NCBI GenBank assembly: GCA_023402015.1
Contig: JAEXCU010000015.1
Location: 825 to 64,824, forward strand
Direction: 5' to 3'
DNA: 64,000 nt
Origin: Pseudomonadota bacterium
GTDB lineage: Bacteria; Pseudomonadota; Alphaproteobacteria; Rs-D84
Made by a program: the position numbers and the translations under genes. The notes below the pieces were generated by a model. It was not told where the DNA came from, searched no databases, and saw only the letters and a program-made list of their open reading frames with translations. This document shows, one piece after another, positions 50,511 through 59,262 of the stretch; position 1 is the first letter of the stretch; the number at the start of each line of letters is the position of its first letter.

Positions 50511-51818
50511 TTATTTCTTGTCGCCGCCCGTTCGTATTGTCTTTATCCAATCGCGCGCAGTGCCGTATGTTCTGTTCCACAATTTTTGAACATCGGATTT
50601 TACCTGATTACTAAAACTGTCATTTATACTGCCGCCCAGGGATTTGGCAATTTTATCGGTACTGTTTGCCAGATATGCAACCAATGCGCCTGTCAGCAAT
50701 GTCATAATAAAGTTTGCGTTATTTAATGACGGAATTTCCGATGCCAGATTTGCATCAACCACACCCGACAACAATGCCCCACACAGTGCGACCACAATTG
50801 ATAATGATACAAAATAAATGGCGGCGTTAACAAATCGCTGAATCTGGGCGGATAATGATTCAACCTTGAACAATCCCAGGAATCCGTTAAATATATCGCC
50901 GGCAATTCCTTTGTACGTTGTTTTGCCAATTGTTTCTGCGATTGCGGTAAATGGCAACATTAAAACGGCCAAAAACAAATCCGTAATCACCCCCAATGCC
51001 ATAAACGCAAATTTAAACGCGGTGTAAATAAATAATACGATAAATGCCGCCCCCACCAGGAATGTAAACGCACTGGTCCCAATTCCGGCCAGCATCCATT
51101 TAAACCCGGCCGCAACGGCGGTATAGAAAAATCCAGACAGGCGCGTCGGCACGCACAACATATCGGCCGCCGCGTTCGCATCCACCAACATACGTGCAGA
51201 TGTATGCGCGTCGGCATATGCATGAATTGCGGCGCATGTGTCGGGAATTTGTGCACCGGACGCATTTGCAACGGCGTTCAGTATTAAATCAGACAAATAT
51301 GTGCCAACGGTTATAATCGGTCCCATTACCCACATAAATACCTGGGCCGGGCCCTGTTCCAGGATGATAATCCATATGGCCAGAATGGCGCCTTTTTTAA
51401 TTATGTTTTCAACCAGTGCGCGTGCGCTGGTACCGGCGGTCATCATCTGATATGCTTCAAAAATAATCCAGAATGCATACGCAACAATTAAAAATATTAC
51501 GACAAATCGCACCAGGGAATTATCCAACACATCGCCCACCAACGACAATGCATTCATGAATGCCAGGCCGGCCTTGGCTTCTATCGGGACATAATCTGCG
51601 ACCAATTGGTTTGCCTGAAATTCTGATTGAAACTGGGTCAGGTCGGTTGTGATTTCAGATTTAAATACGTCCAAATTATGCTGGGTCGTCCATGCGCCAT
51701 TGTCGCCAATATCACCCAGTGGCATGTTTGTTGCCGCGTTCGCAATTGGTATAATTATTACCACCGCTGCAATCGCGCACATAATAATTTTTGATAAAAA
51801 TTTAATACATTTTTTCAT
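50511..51818 (-). CDS. VirB6/TrbL-like polytopic membrane protein, paralog 1 (435 aa)
   Basis: Start MKKCIKF (ATG 51818) overlaps the upstream stop by 1 nt. Signal-like N-terminus, about 100-aa loop, then at least 6 hydrophobic helices and a hydrophilic tail. The segment YAFWIIFEAYQMMTAG...AILAIWIIIL recalls A. tumefaciens VirB6 TLWIIVQGILVIRG...VTIVVALIV, from memory. Confidence 0.5.
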   Translation of the reverse strand: MKKCIKFLSKIIMCAIAAVVIIIPIANAATNMPLGDIGDNGAWTTQHNLDVFKSEITTDLTQFQSEFQANQLVADYVPIEAKAGLAFMNALSLVGDVLDNSLVRFVVIFLIVAYAFWIIFEAYQMMTAGTSARALVENIIKKGAILAIWIIILEQGPAQVFMWVMGPIITVGTYLSDLILNAVANASGAQIPDTCAAIHAYADAHTSARMLVDANAAADMLCVPTRLSGFFYTAVAAGFKWMLAGIGTSAFTFLVGAAFIVLFIYTAFKFAFMALGVITDLFLAVLMLPFTAIAETIGKTTYKGIAGDIFNGFLGLFKVESLSAQIQRFVNAAIYFVSLSIVVALCGALLSGVVDANLASEIPSLNNANFIMTLLTGALVAYLANSTDKIAKSLGGSINDSFSNQVKSDVQKLWNRTYGTARDWIKTIRTGGDKK

Positions 51819-53254
51819 CAACTGTTCTTCCCAAACGCCTTGGACATGGCGCCAAATATTTGTTGTGGTGCATCCCAAATCTTTTTACCCAAATCTTTGG
51901 TCCATGCGCCAAAGTCAAATTGTTCTTTGCTGCCTTTGCCAAGTATTGCATCAACCTTGGGTGATACTGCATAGAAATACAGCAAGAATAAAAAGAACAT
52001 TAACAACAGGAAATCCCAACCGTCCGACATAAAGTCAAATGCGCCCGGGTATTGGCGTTCAACGGCCGCCCGCTGCGCGGTAAAGCAATTACGGAATTTA
52101 TCTGCGTCCATTTCGCCGTTTGTTATGGCAACACGTTCGCATGTGGAAAATACGTTCATTACCGATAATGTTTGTGCATCCGGATTTTTTACTGTCTGAC
52201 CCATCATGGGCGGTAAAATCGCACTGTACCCGTCGTTGGGGCCGGGAAAGAATTCGTCTGCGGCAAATGAAACGGTTGCGTAAATTATCAGAATCTTTAA
52301 TGTAATCGCGATAATTTGTACCGCAGATTTAACCAGCATGTTTATCGCGCCTTTGACCACACCGTCGGCCAATTTCCATGTTTTTTCAAATGCCGCCGCC
52401 GCCAGCAGTAATGGTAAAAATATTATCAGGAACACCAATTTAAACACAACAGACAAAACCTGAAAGAACAAATCAAATCCGATTATTAAAAACATTAATA
52501 CCAATGCCAGGCCCGCAATCCACGTAAACGCGCCGCCACCCATCCCCAGCCATGCGTAATTCATTAATGCAAATCCGCCTGCGGCGCCGGCCAACATAAC
52601 ACTGTTTAAATTGCCCATTACGCACATAAACGGTTGCAACACAGGATTTAAAATATCATCACTGTCCGCCGCATTCATTGCCCCGCATGTTGCCGCGTCT
52701 GACACGCCCGTTGCGGCCATTGATAATTCCGCGCCCACAAACATCACAGGGGTTATTGTAATGTCTGCGACCGTCCGTAATGCGGCGGTGCCACCCATGC
52801 CCAATGCGCCCAATAACGCACCAACGATTAAAACGCGTGCGCCCTGGCGCCAAACTTTGTCAAACCAACCCTTGAATTCCAATTTTTTTTCTTTTGTATC
52901 CAATGTGGTTGTTTTCTTGGCGGCGTCAAAGATATATTGTGCACTGTACACGAACAGGAAAATTCCAAATCCCACCGCCAACAGAATCCAAATATTGTCA
53001 ACCATTGCGGTCCAAAACATTTCTGCCGCGCGTCCGATTACGCCAAATAATTCAGCGATATAACCGCAAAGAAAGCATCCGTTGGCGGTCGCAATATCAC
53101 CGTTTTGCACCCCAATCGCCGTCATGAAATTTCCCATACTGGTGTACGTCAGTGCAGCACCCCCAATAGAAGAAGACAAATACCAAATACCCAACCCCAG
53201 CGCGATTGCACCCATTATGAATTTTATGGCGATCATAATCAGTTTTGCTTTCAT
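51818..53254 (-). CDS. VirB6/TrbL-like polytopic membrane protein, paralog 2 (478 aa)
   Basis: 1-nt start/stop overlap at both ends. Same architecture as paralog 1. N-terminal-loop CxxC (NGCFLCGYIAELF). Confidence 0.5.
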   Translation of the reverse strand: MKAKLIMIAIKFIMGAIALGLGIWYLSSSIGGAALTYTSMGNFMTAIGVQNGDIATANGCFLCGYIAELFGVIGRAAEMFWTAMVDNIWILLAVGFGIFLFVYSAQYIFDAAKKTTTLDTKEKKLEFKGWFDKVWRQGARVLIVGALLGALGMGGTAALRTVADITITPVMFVGAELSMAATGVSDAATCGAMNAADSDDILNPVLQPFMCVMGNLNSVMLAGAAGGFALMNYAWLGMGGGAFTWIAGLALVLMFLIIGFDLFFQVLSVVFKLVFLIIFLPLLLAAAAFEKTWKLADGVVKGAINMLVKSAVQIIAITLKILIIYATVSFAADEFFPGPNDGYSAILPPMMGQTVKNPDAQTLSVMNVFSTCERVAITNGEMDADKFRNCFTAQRAAVERQYPGAFDFMSDGWDFLLLMFFLFLLYFYAVSPKVDAILGKGSKEQFDFGAWTKDLGKKIWDAPQQIFGAMSKAFGKNS

Positions 53255-54447
53255 TACTTACCGCCCGTCTTTTTTTCACCGCCACTGATGATTGTTTCAC
53301 CAACTTTTTTTGCGCTGTCCACTACGGCGGTGGTCAGTTTCATGGCATCGTTGGCCAATTGCTCGCTCAGTTGATTTTCTTCTTTTACATCAAACGCACC
53401 CAGGACCATTTCACTTACCTTGGGGATTTGGCCATAAATAAAGTTTAAAACGTATACCAAAATAACACTGCTGGCAATGGTCAGTGCCGCCAAGTTGTCG
53501 TCCGACAAATCTGCGGCGAAAACATCACCACTGGTTATCAGGTGCATAATTTCCGCAGCTGATGTTCCCGGTGTGGAAAAGAATTTCGCAATTATAACCA
53601 TTATAACGGTGTATGTTATAACGGCGGCGGCCAGTGATATTATCGCGCCAATTAATTTTTTAAATTGTCCCGTGCCCATGGATTTACCCAGACCCGACAT
53701 CCACCCCGGAACACCGTCCGCACCCTTAAACGAAATCAGAACCAGTGATAATGGGAAAAAGAACGCAAAGTACGTCATCGCAACAATAATGTCTGCAAAG
53801 TAAAAACAAAACTGCACGAATAATTTAAAGAAACCATAAAATAAATACAGTCCGATAAAGAACAACAAAATGTGTTTTATCAATGCCCCAATGCCCAGCA
53901 TCGCGCGCCACGTAAACGCACTGTCCATTACTGCAATTCCCAATTTCATATACGATTGGAATTGTGTAATTGTTGTCTTCATCAGCAATATGATTGTGTC
54001 GCGCAGTTCTGGGCGATAAAATCCATCATCCGACATTTTCATCGGAACGTATGAAACCTTTTCATTCACAATCGTGTCGTCGGTTTGCAACATGCTTTGC
54101 GTATATGTCAGTGCGATTTGCGCCGCCGGTTCAATTGTGATTGTTGTGATAAAACGTGGCAACACCACACCCATACTTAAAAACGTCAGTGCCAACAGCG
54201 CATTAATGAAAACAGGCTTAATTGATTTTTGATACCATGGGTCTTTCATCCCGCCTTTCATATTTTGCCAAAACGCGTTTAAAACAAAGAACGCGAATAA
54301 AATGCAAAACAGTATCGCGCAAAATATCGCAAATTGTTTGTACAATGCGCCGGCGGCGGTTGACACAATTTGAAATAATCTGTCAAACACCGGACAGCCC
54401 CAACACTGTACCGAAGAATCCACCAAAGAATTCATCCAATTGTTCAT
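53254..54447 (-). CDS. VirB6/TrbL-like polytopic membrane protein, paralog 3 (397 aa)
   Basis: ATGA overlap with the upstream gene. N-terminal CWGCPVFDRLF, then multiple TM helices. Confidence 0.5.
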   Translation of the reverse strand: MNNWMNSLVDSSVQCWGCPVFDRLFQIVSTAAGALYKQFAIFCAILFCILFAFFVLNAFWQNMKGGMKDPWYQKSIKPVFINALLALTFLSMGVVLPRFITTITIEPAAQIALTYTQSMLQTDDTIVNEKVSYVPMKMSDDGFYRPELRDTIILLMKTTITQFQSYMKLGIAVMDSAFTWRAMLGIGALIKHILLFFIGLYLFYGFFKLFVQFCFYFADIIVAMTYFAFFFPLSLVLISFKGADGVPGWMSGLGKSMGTGQFKKLIGAIISLAAAVITYTVIMVIIAKFFSTPGTSAAEIMHLITSGDVFAADLSDDNLAALTIASSVILVYVLNFIYGQIPKVSEMVLGAFDVKEENQLSEQLANDAMKLTTAVVDSAKKVGETIISGGEKKTGGK

Positions 54448-55742
54448 TTCTTTTTAATCAACCCCACGGCTTTGCCGATTTTGGCGCCCCAATCTTTGGC
54501 ACCGTTGTAAATGGTTTTGGAATCTTTCATAACCTGGCTGTGCAGTTTATCCATACCCGAACCCACATATGCATCCAATTGTTTGCGCGTTAATTCAAAT
54601 ATGCGCAGCATTAAATAAAAGGTTAATATTGCCGATAACCATAAAACAGAATGCTGGCCGAACCCAAGTGCAGAATTTGCAACCTGGGGGATATTGGACG
54701 ATGCGGCACCACCGGCGGCAACGACGAAAACAGACGAACTCCACTGAAACAAAGATTTTATAATTGCGATATTTATAAACAGAATAAATGCGCATGCAAT
54801 CATAGTTATAATCAGTTTTTGTAATGCCTTGGTAATGCCGGAAAATGCGGGCCAAATGTCAAACCATTTATCGCTGGGCTTTACGACATATGTCAAAACC
54901 TGAAACGGATATAAAATCAATGCCATGCCGAAATTAAATATTGCCTGGATAATCAGCAATGCCATAAACAAATTACTGGCCACAAAGGTAAAAACCAATA
55001 ATATTCCGGTTATTAAATTCAGAAAATCTTCGCCCCCATGCGGCACCAGTGTAATCAGCCCACGCAACCCACGGTCAATAAATTCAAAGCCGCGTTTAAT
55101 AATCTGGTTGTTGGCGTGCGAAATGTCCGCCACCGGTTGAACCAAGAATTCACAACTTTCCTGGGAAATCCAGCCCTGTTGAACGATTGATTCAGGACAC
55201 GTGATATGCGGTGCATTAACGCCTGTGTCGTTAATGGTTTCGGTTATGCTGTGTGTATAAATTGCCCCGAATTGCAGGAATGGATTAACCAACCATTCTG
55301 TTAAATATACCGGGCGAATCTGTAATAATACAACGGCCGCAATAATTGCGCGCAGTGCGGGCTTTAACATATTGGTTGCGATTGTTTCGGCGCTGGCTTT
55401 GCCGGCGGCCATTTCGCCACCACCGGAAAATCCAAAAAAAGACACCCAAACCTTGGGAAAATATAATTTTATTAAATACAGCGACATTGATATCGCCAAA
55501 AATCCCCAAACCAAAATGTAAATGATACCGTTTCCGTTGCCCACAAAAAATTCATACCCACCCGACGCAACGGCCATTAATGCATCCAAAATTATCGGAA
55601 CAAATGGCGCCAAATTAAAACTGTCAACAATACCCCATGCGGCCGCGGCCGGCTGTGGGGCCAAGAAAACCGCCACCAATACCACCACTGGCATAATGCG
55701 ACGCAAACGGGATAAAAAATAAGAATTAAAAAAATGCATCAT
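54444..55742 (-). CDS. VirB6/TrbL-like polytopic membrane protein, paralog 4 (432 aa)
   Basis: First gene of the four-gene minus-strand unit. Signal peptide ...VAVFLAPQPAAAAWG and multiple TM helices. Confidence 0.5.
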   Translation of the reverse strand: MMHFFNSYFLSRLRRIMPVVVLVAVFLAPQPAAAAWGIVDSFNLAPFVPIILDALMAVASGGYEFFVGNGNGIIYILVWGFLAISMSLYLIKLYFPKVWVSFFGFSGGGEMAAGKASAETIATNMLKPALRAIIAAVVLLQIRPVYLTEWLVNPFLQFGAIYTHSITETINDTGVNAPHITCPESIVQQGWISQESCEFLVQPVADISHANNQIIKRGFEFIDRGLRGLITLVPHGGEDFLNLITGILLVFTFVASNLFMALLIIQAIFNFGMALILYPFQVLTYVVKPSDKWFDIWPAFSGITKALQKLIITMIACAFILFINIAIIKSLFQWSSSVFVVAAGGAASSNIPQVANSALGFGQHSVLWLSAILTFYLMLRIFELTRKQLDAYVGSGMDKLHSQVMKDSKTIYNGAKDWGAKIGKAVGLIKKK

Positions 55743-55766
55743 CTGTTGTTAATTTATCTTTTCAAT

Positions 55767-55796
55767 TATATCACATTTAGGGCAAAATGTGATATA
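55767..55796. promoter_or_regulatory. perfect 12-bp inverted repeat (TATATCACATTT-N6-AAATGTGATATA) in the divergent promoter region
   Basis: Read directly: 55767..55778 is the exact reverse complement of 55785..55796. It lies between divergent VirB6-like genes (55742 and 55806). Confidence 0.5.
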
Positions 55797-55805
55797 GTTA
55801 AAACA

Positions 55806-57095
55806 ATGAATAGCCTAAAAAAGTTCTGGATTATTTTTTTATCTTTCCTGCCGTTTTCGGCCGGGGCGGTTGCACCATTGGTTGTGGGCGGAATCGCGGG
55901 GTTGGGCGTTATCGCAGGCTTTTCCATATATCGCACTGCGGCGCCGGTAAACATGGCCGACGCCATGAATTTTTTTTCAACGTGTTGGTCGTGCCAAATG
56001 TTTTCAGATATCATGGCGGCAATGTCGGGTTTACTGCCACGTGTGTACAGTGCAATTGGCACGGTGATTTTGCCGTTTGCCGCGGGTTTGACGGCCGTAT
56101 GGTTTGCATGGAAATTATTTTCCGGGTTTTTAAATGCCAAAGTGGAACAGCCATGGGCCCTGGCCGGCCAATTTGGAACACAATTAATTAAATTAACATT
56201 TGTTGGGGCGTTGTTGTTAATACCGTTGCCGCGATTACTAAGCGAAGTTGTGATTGAACCGGTGTTTAATATTGGGTTGTCATTAAATCGTGCGGTCGCA
56301 GGTAATGATGAATTTGCAAAATGCGTTGTTGCAACCGCAATTGCCGACCCGGTGTCAGTCAGTGAAAAATCTGCATCCGCCGGCGCGTATTCGCCAAAAC
56401 TGCGCCATAACTTGGCGTGCGAGGTTGCAAATGTCCACCAAATGACAGGCCTGGGGATGACGGTTGGTTGGACGATGCTGAATATGGCATTTAATGAACA
56501 ATACATGCATAAAATTATGTGGGACGTTCCGATTTTCCCAAACGTGCCAATTTTCTTTATGGGATTGTTAATATTGGTGCTGTTCTTTTTTGCGTTATTG
56601 CCCGTGCCACTGTATTTTTTGGAAGTATTTATAAAACTGACCATGGACCTGATAATGTTGCCGTTGATGCTGTTGTCATGGTTATTCAAGGGCTGGCCCA
56701 TATTCCCCAATGGCGGTAAAAATATTCAGGGCATTATAAATGATGTGGTTAAATCCACCGCCGGCATTGCAATGGTTGGGGTATTTGTTTCATTTGCGGT
56801 TATGTTTTTAAATGCGGTTTTTGGCCAGTGGCAGGGCGCGTCTATATTGGCCACGGCAATGCAACAAAACGATTCGCATGTTTTAATGGATGGGTTAATG
56901 ATGCGCAATGACAGTTTGATTACAATCATATTAATGGGAATATTTATCGCGATGTTTATGACAATGATACCGACATTGGTAAAAACATTGTTTGCAAATG
57001 TAAATATTCCCACGTCTTTCTGGGAAACGACCAAAAAGAATATAAATATTACATGGCAAAACCTGAAAAAATGGTATGCCGCAATAAAAAAATAA
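55806..57095 (+). CDS. VirB6/TrbL-like polytopic membrane protein, paralog 5 (429 aa), divergent
   Basis: Start MNSLKKFW (ATG 55806). CxxC motif TCWSCQMFSDIM, WFAWKLFSGFLN...LIKLTFVGALLLIPL, multiple TM helices. Confidence 0.5.
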   Translation: MNSLKKFWIIFLSFLPFSAGAVAPLVVGGIAGLGVIAGFSIYRTAAPVNMADAMNFFSTCWSCQMFSDIMAAMSGLLPRVYSAIGTVILPFAAGLTAVWFAWKLFSGFLNAKVEQPWALAGQFGTQLIKLTFVGALLLIPLPRLLSEVVIEPVFNIGLSLNRAVAGNDEFAKCVVATAIADPVSVSEKSASAGAYSPKLRHNLACEVANVHQMTGLGMTVGWTMLNMAFNEQYMHKIMWDVPIFPNVPIFFMGLLILVLFFFALLPVPLYFLEVFIKLTMDLIMLPLMLLSWLFKGWPIFPNGGKNIQGIINDVVKSTAGIAMVGVFVSFAVMFLNAVFGQWQGASILATAMQQNDSHVLMDGLMMRNDSLITIILMGIFIAMFMTMIPTLVKTLFANVNIPTSFWETTKKNINITWQNLKKWYAAIKK

Positions 57096-57163
57096 AAAAT
57101 CAAGTGCTTTATTTAACCTGGCCCCCTTTTTTGTGAATTCCGAATCTGATATAATTCTTATCA

Positions 57164-57679
57164 ATGAAACAGTTTCCGATTCTTTATTGGCCGCGCAAAA
57201 CAAACGGTGATAATGACTATCAACTGGCGCGCAAGGTTATAAATGGCGTCGCCGGTGTTATGCCCGATGTTGTGGGCGCGGATGCGGATTTAACGGCCAT
57301 TTTGGCCCAGCATCCAGATGCATCTGTATATTACCCGGTATTTTGTGAATCCACTGGTTGGTGGGGTGAATTATTGGGTGGCGATGCGGTTGTGGTTGAT
57401 AAATTAATCATATCGCCCGAATGCCAATTAATGGTGATTCAGGCGGGAAAATCTGCCCCCCGTCGGCGCAGTGGCCAGAATCAATTACTGGCGGCGGAAA
57501 TATACCCGACCAGTGGATTTTTCAAGAAAATGAATTCTGGCATTGCGACGGTTGCAGATATGCTGGCCACCGACGCGGGAACGATATTGGCATTATTTTC
57601 CGGCAAGAACCAGTCCCAGTTTATAAATATATTGGAATCCACGGGCAATTCATATTTGGGGTGCATTGGTCAATATTAA
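57164..57679 (+). CDS. hypothetical protein (171 aa)
   Basis: ORF downstream of paralog 5. No signal peptide or recognisable motif. Confidence 0.4.
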   Translation: MKQFPILYWPRKTNGDNDYQLARKVINGVAGVMPDVVGADADLTAILAQHPDASVYYPVFCESTGWWGELLGGDAVVVDKLIISPECQLMVIQAGKSAPRRRSGQNQLLAAEIYPTSGFFKKMNSGIATVADMLATDAGTILALFSGKNQSQFINILESTGNSYLGCIGQY

Positions 57680-57760
57680 GGTTAATGGTTGCGAATATTG
57701 CTTGCAAAACGGAAAAATCCTTGTATAATCTGCGGGCTAAAAAATCAAAAGGGTAATACG

Positions 57761-57973
57761 ATGAAAAAAGGAATTCATCCTGAATATCACGAAATCAACG
57801 TCACCAGAACAGATGGCAAGACAGTAAAAATGTATTCATCTGTTAAAAAAGACTTGGTTTTGTCCACAGATAATTTGAACCATTCCGCATGGACCGGCCA
57901 ACGCAGCAATGCCGGGGACAAAGGTCAACGTGCGGCCGAATACAAACGCAAGTTTGCAGGGTTTAATTTTTAA
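57761..57973 (+). CDS. rpmE: 50S ribosomal protein L31
   Basis: MKKGIHPEYHEINV... is the canonical L31 N-terminus. The longer ORF from 57689 was rejected. Confidence 0.9.
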   Translation: MKKGIHPEYHEINVTRTDGKTVKMYSSVKKDLVLSTDNLNHSAWTGQRSNAGDKGQRAAEYKRKFAGFNF

Positions 57974-58000
57974 TAAAAACGCCTGGGGCGGGCATTTACA

Positions 58001-58705
58001 ATGGAACTGTTGATAAAAGGTTCTTCGGAATTAAACAAAATGTTTATGGCGCTGGAACGGACCGCGTCCGGATTGCGTCGTGATTTTGGCGAAGTTGAAA
58101 ACCTGCAACAGTCTTTGCGTGGTGCGCGCGATTTTGTGCAAAAGGCGTCCGCCAGAATAGAAGAAAGCATATTATCAGATTTATTGCTGGTGCGGCCGGC
58201 GGCGGGATTATTAACGCCGAATATGTCGCGCACGGGCGACGGTCGCGATGAATTTGTGCTGTCTTTGTCTGGGGCGGCGAATTTTGTTCGCGCAAATCCG
58301 CATTTTGCGATTTCATTGGCACTGCGCAGCATGGACGAAACAAAAATCGCCCTGGTGTATTCGCCAATAGAAGAACGCCTGTATTATGCCGAAGCGGGCC
58401 AGGGCGCATACATGTTTTCTGCGTTTCATTCTGCCCGGGTCAAGGTATCTAACCTGACAAATCCGGCGGATTTAACCATTGCATACAATACGTCTGATGA
58501 CCGTAAAACCGTTGGCGATGTACGTCGCACCGGATGCCCGGCATTGGATTTGGCATGGGTTGCGGCGGGTAAATTTGATGCATTTGTATCCGACCCATTG
58601 GATTTTGCAGAAATCGCGGCCGGGGAATTGATGGTACGCGAGGCCGGCGGCAAGATTATCATGGGGGCGGATTTAATCGCCACCAACGGCAAATTGGATT
58701 ATTAA
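58001..58705 (+). CDS. inositol-monophosphatase-fold (SuhB-like) protein with degenerate active site
   Basis: C-terminal CPALDLAWVAAGKFDAFV...IAAGELMVREAGG is IMPase-like. The DPxDGT metal motif is replaced by LSLSGAANF, and WD(I)AAG by FAEIAAG. Confidence 0.6.
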   Translation: MELLIKGSSELNKMFMALERTASGLRRDFGEVENLQQSLRGARDFVQKASARIEESILSDLLLVRPAAGLLTPNMSRTGDGRDEFVLSLSGAANFVRANPHFAISLALRSMDETKIALVYSPIEERLYYAEAGQGAYMFSAFHSARVKVSNLTNPADLTIAYNTSDDRKTVGDVRRTGCPALDLAWVAAGKFDAFVSDPLDFAEIAAGELMVREAGGKIIMGADLIATNGKLDY

Positions 58706-58730
58706 AAAACCGCCCATCGGGCGGTTTTTT
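58706..58730 (+). terminator. rho-independent terminator
   Basis: aaaaaccgcccatcgggcggtttttt. Confidence 0.8.
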
Positions 58731-58784
58731 CTTTCCCGCCCGCGGTGGGGTGTCAGCATGACGGGGAGAGTTATTGTTTATCTT

Positions 58785-58875
58785 CGTGATACGTAATACG
58801 TGAAACGTGATACGATTTTTCTTTGTCATTCCCGAGCTTTTTTTTGTCATTCCTGCGCAGGCAGGAATAGGGCCT
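58785..58875. repeat. CGTGATACG motif plus GTCATTCC hairpin repeats (left flank of GIY-YIG gene)
   Basis: cgtgatacgtaatacgtgaaacgtgatacg at 58785..58814, tttgtcattcccgagc, and tgtcattcctgcgcaggcaggaatagggcc (hairpin attcctgc/gcaggaat). Confidence 0.8.
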
Positions 58876-58932
58876 AAAAAACAAAGAACTATGACCTTGA
58901 ATCTAATCACATAGGTATTTAAAATCCTGGGT

Positions 58933-59262
58933 ATGAAAGAATACAATTTTTGGGTTTATATTTTGTTTAATGAACGTGCCCAAGCGACGTACATAGGTAT
59001 TACAAATAATCTGGAACGCCGCATGTACGAACATAAAATGGGATTAGATAAAGGATATACCCGTCAGCATAATATTCATAAACTGGGGTATTTTGAACAT
59101 TATAAATACGTAAACAACGCCATTGCCCGTGAAAAAGAATTAAAGAAATGGAAACGTGCATGGAAATATCGTTTGATAGAAACAATGAACCCGGAATGGA
59201 AAGATTTGGCGGATGATTTGGAACAAAATATTCAGTACTGGAAAAATAAACAAACTGCATAG
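58933..59262 (+). CDS. GIY-YIG nuclease-family protein (UPF0213/YhbQ-like)
   Basis: WVYILFNERAQATYIGITNNLERRMYEH (GIY...YIG...R...H) followed by REKELKKW (catalytic Glu region). Confidence 0.8.
   Translation: MKEYNFWVYILFNERAQATYIGITNNLERRMYEHKMGLDKGYTRQHNIHKLGYFEHYKYVNNAIAREKELKKWKRAWKYRLIETMNPEWKDLADDLEQNIQYWKNKQTA

Noticed and set aside
55766-56710. 314-aa minus-strand ORF inside VirB6-like paralog 5
   Set aside because: It is a shadow ORF. The plus-strand frame gives a coherent multi-TM protein paralogous to four neighbours, whereas the minus frame gives atypical composition and would overlap the palindromic promoter region.
50511-57095. Calling the region a complete type IV secretion system locus
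   Set aside because: Only VirB6/TrbL-like membrane proteins are present. No ATPase (VirB4/B11/D4), VirB8/9/10 core or pilin (VirB2) genes occur in the window. Only the paralog array is therefore reported, with family assignment at moderate confidence.
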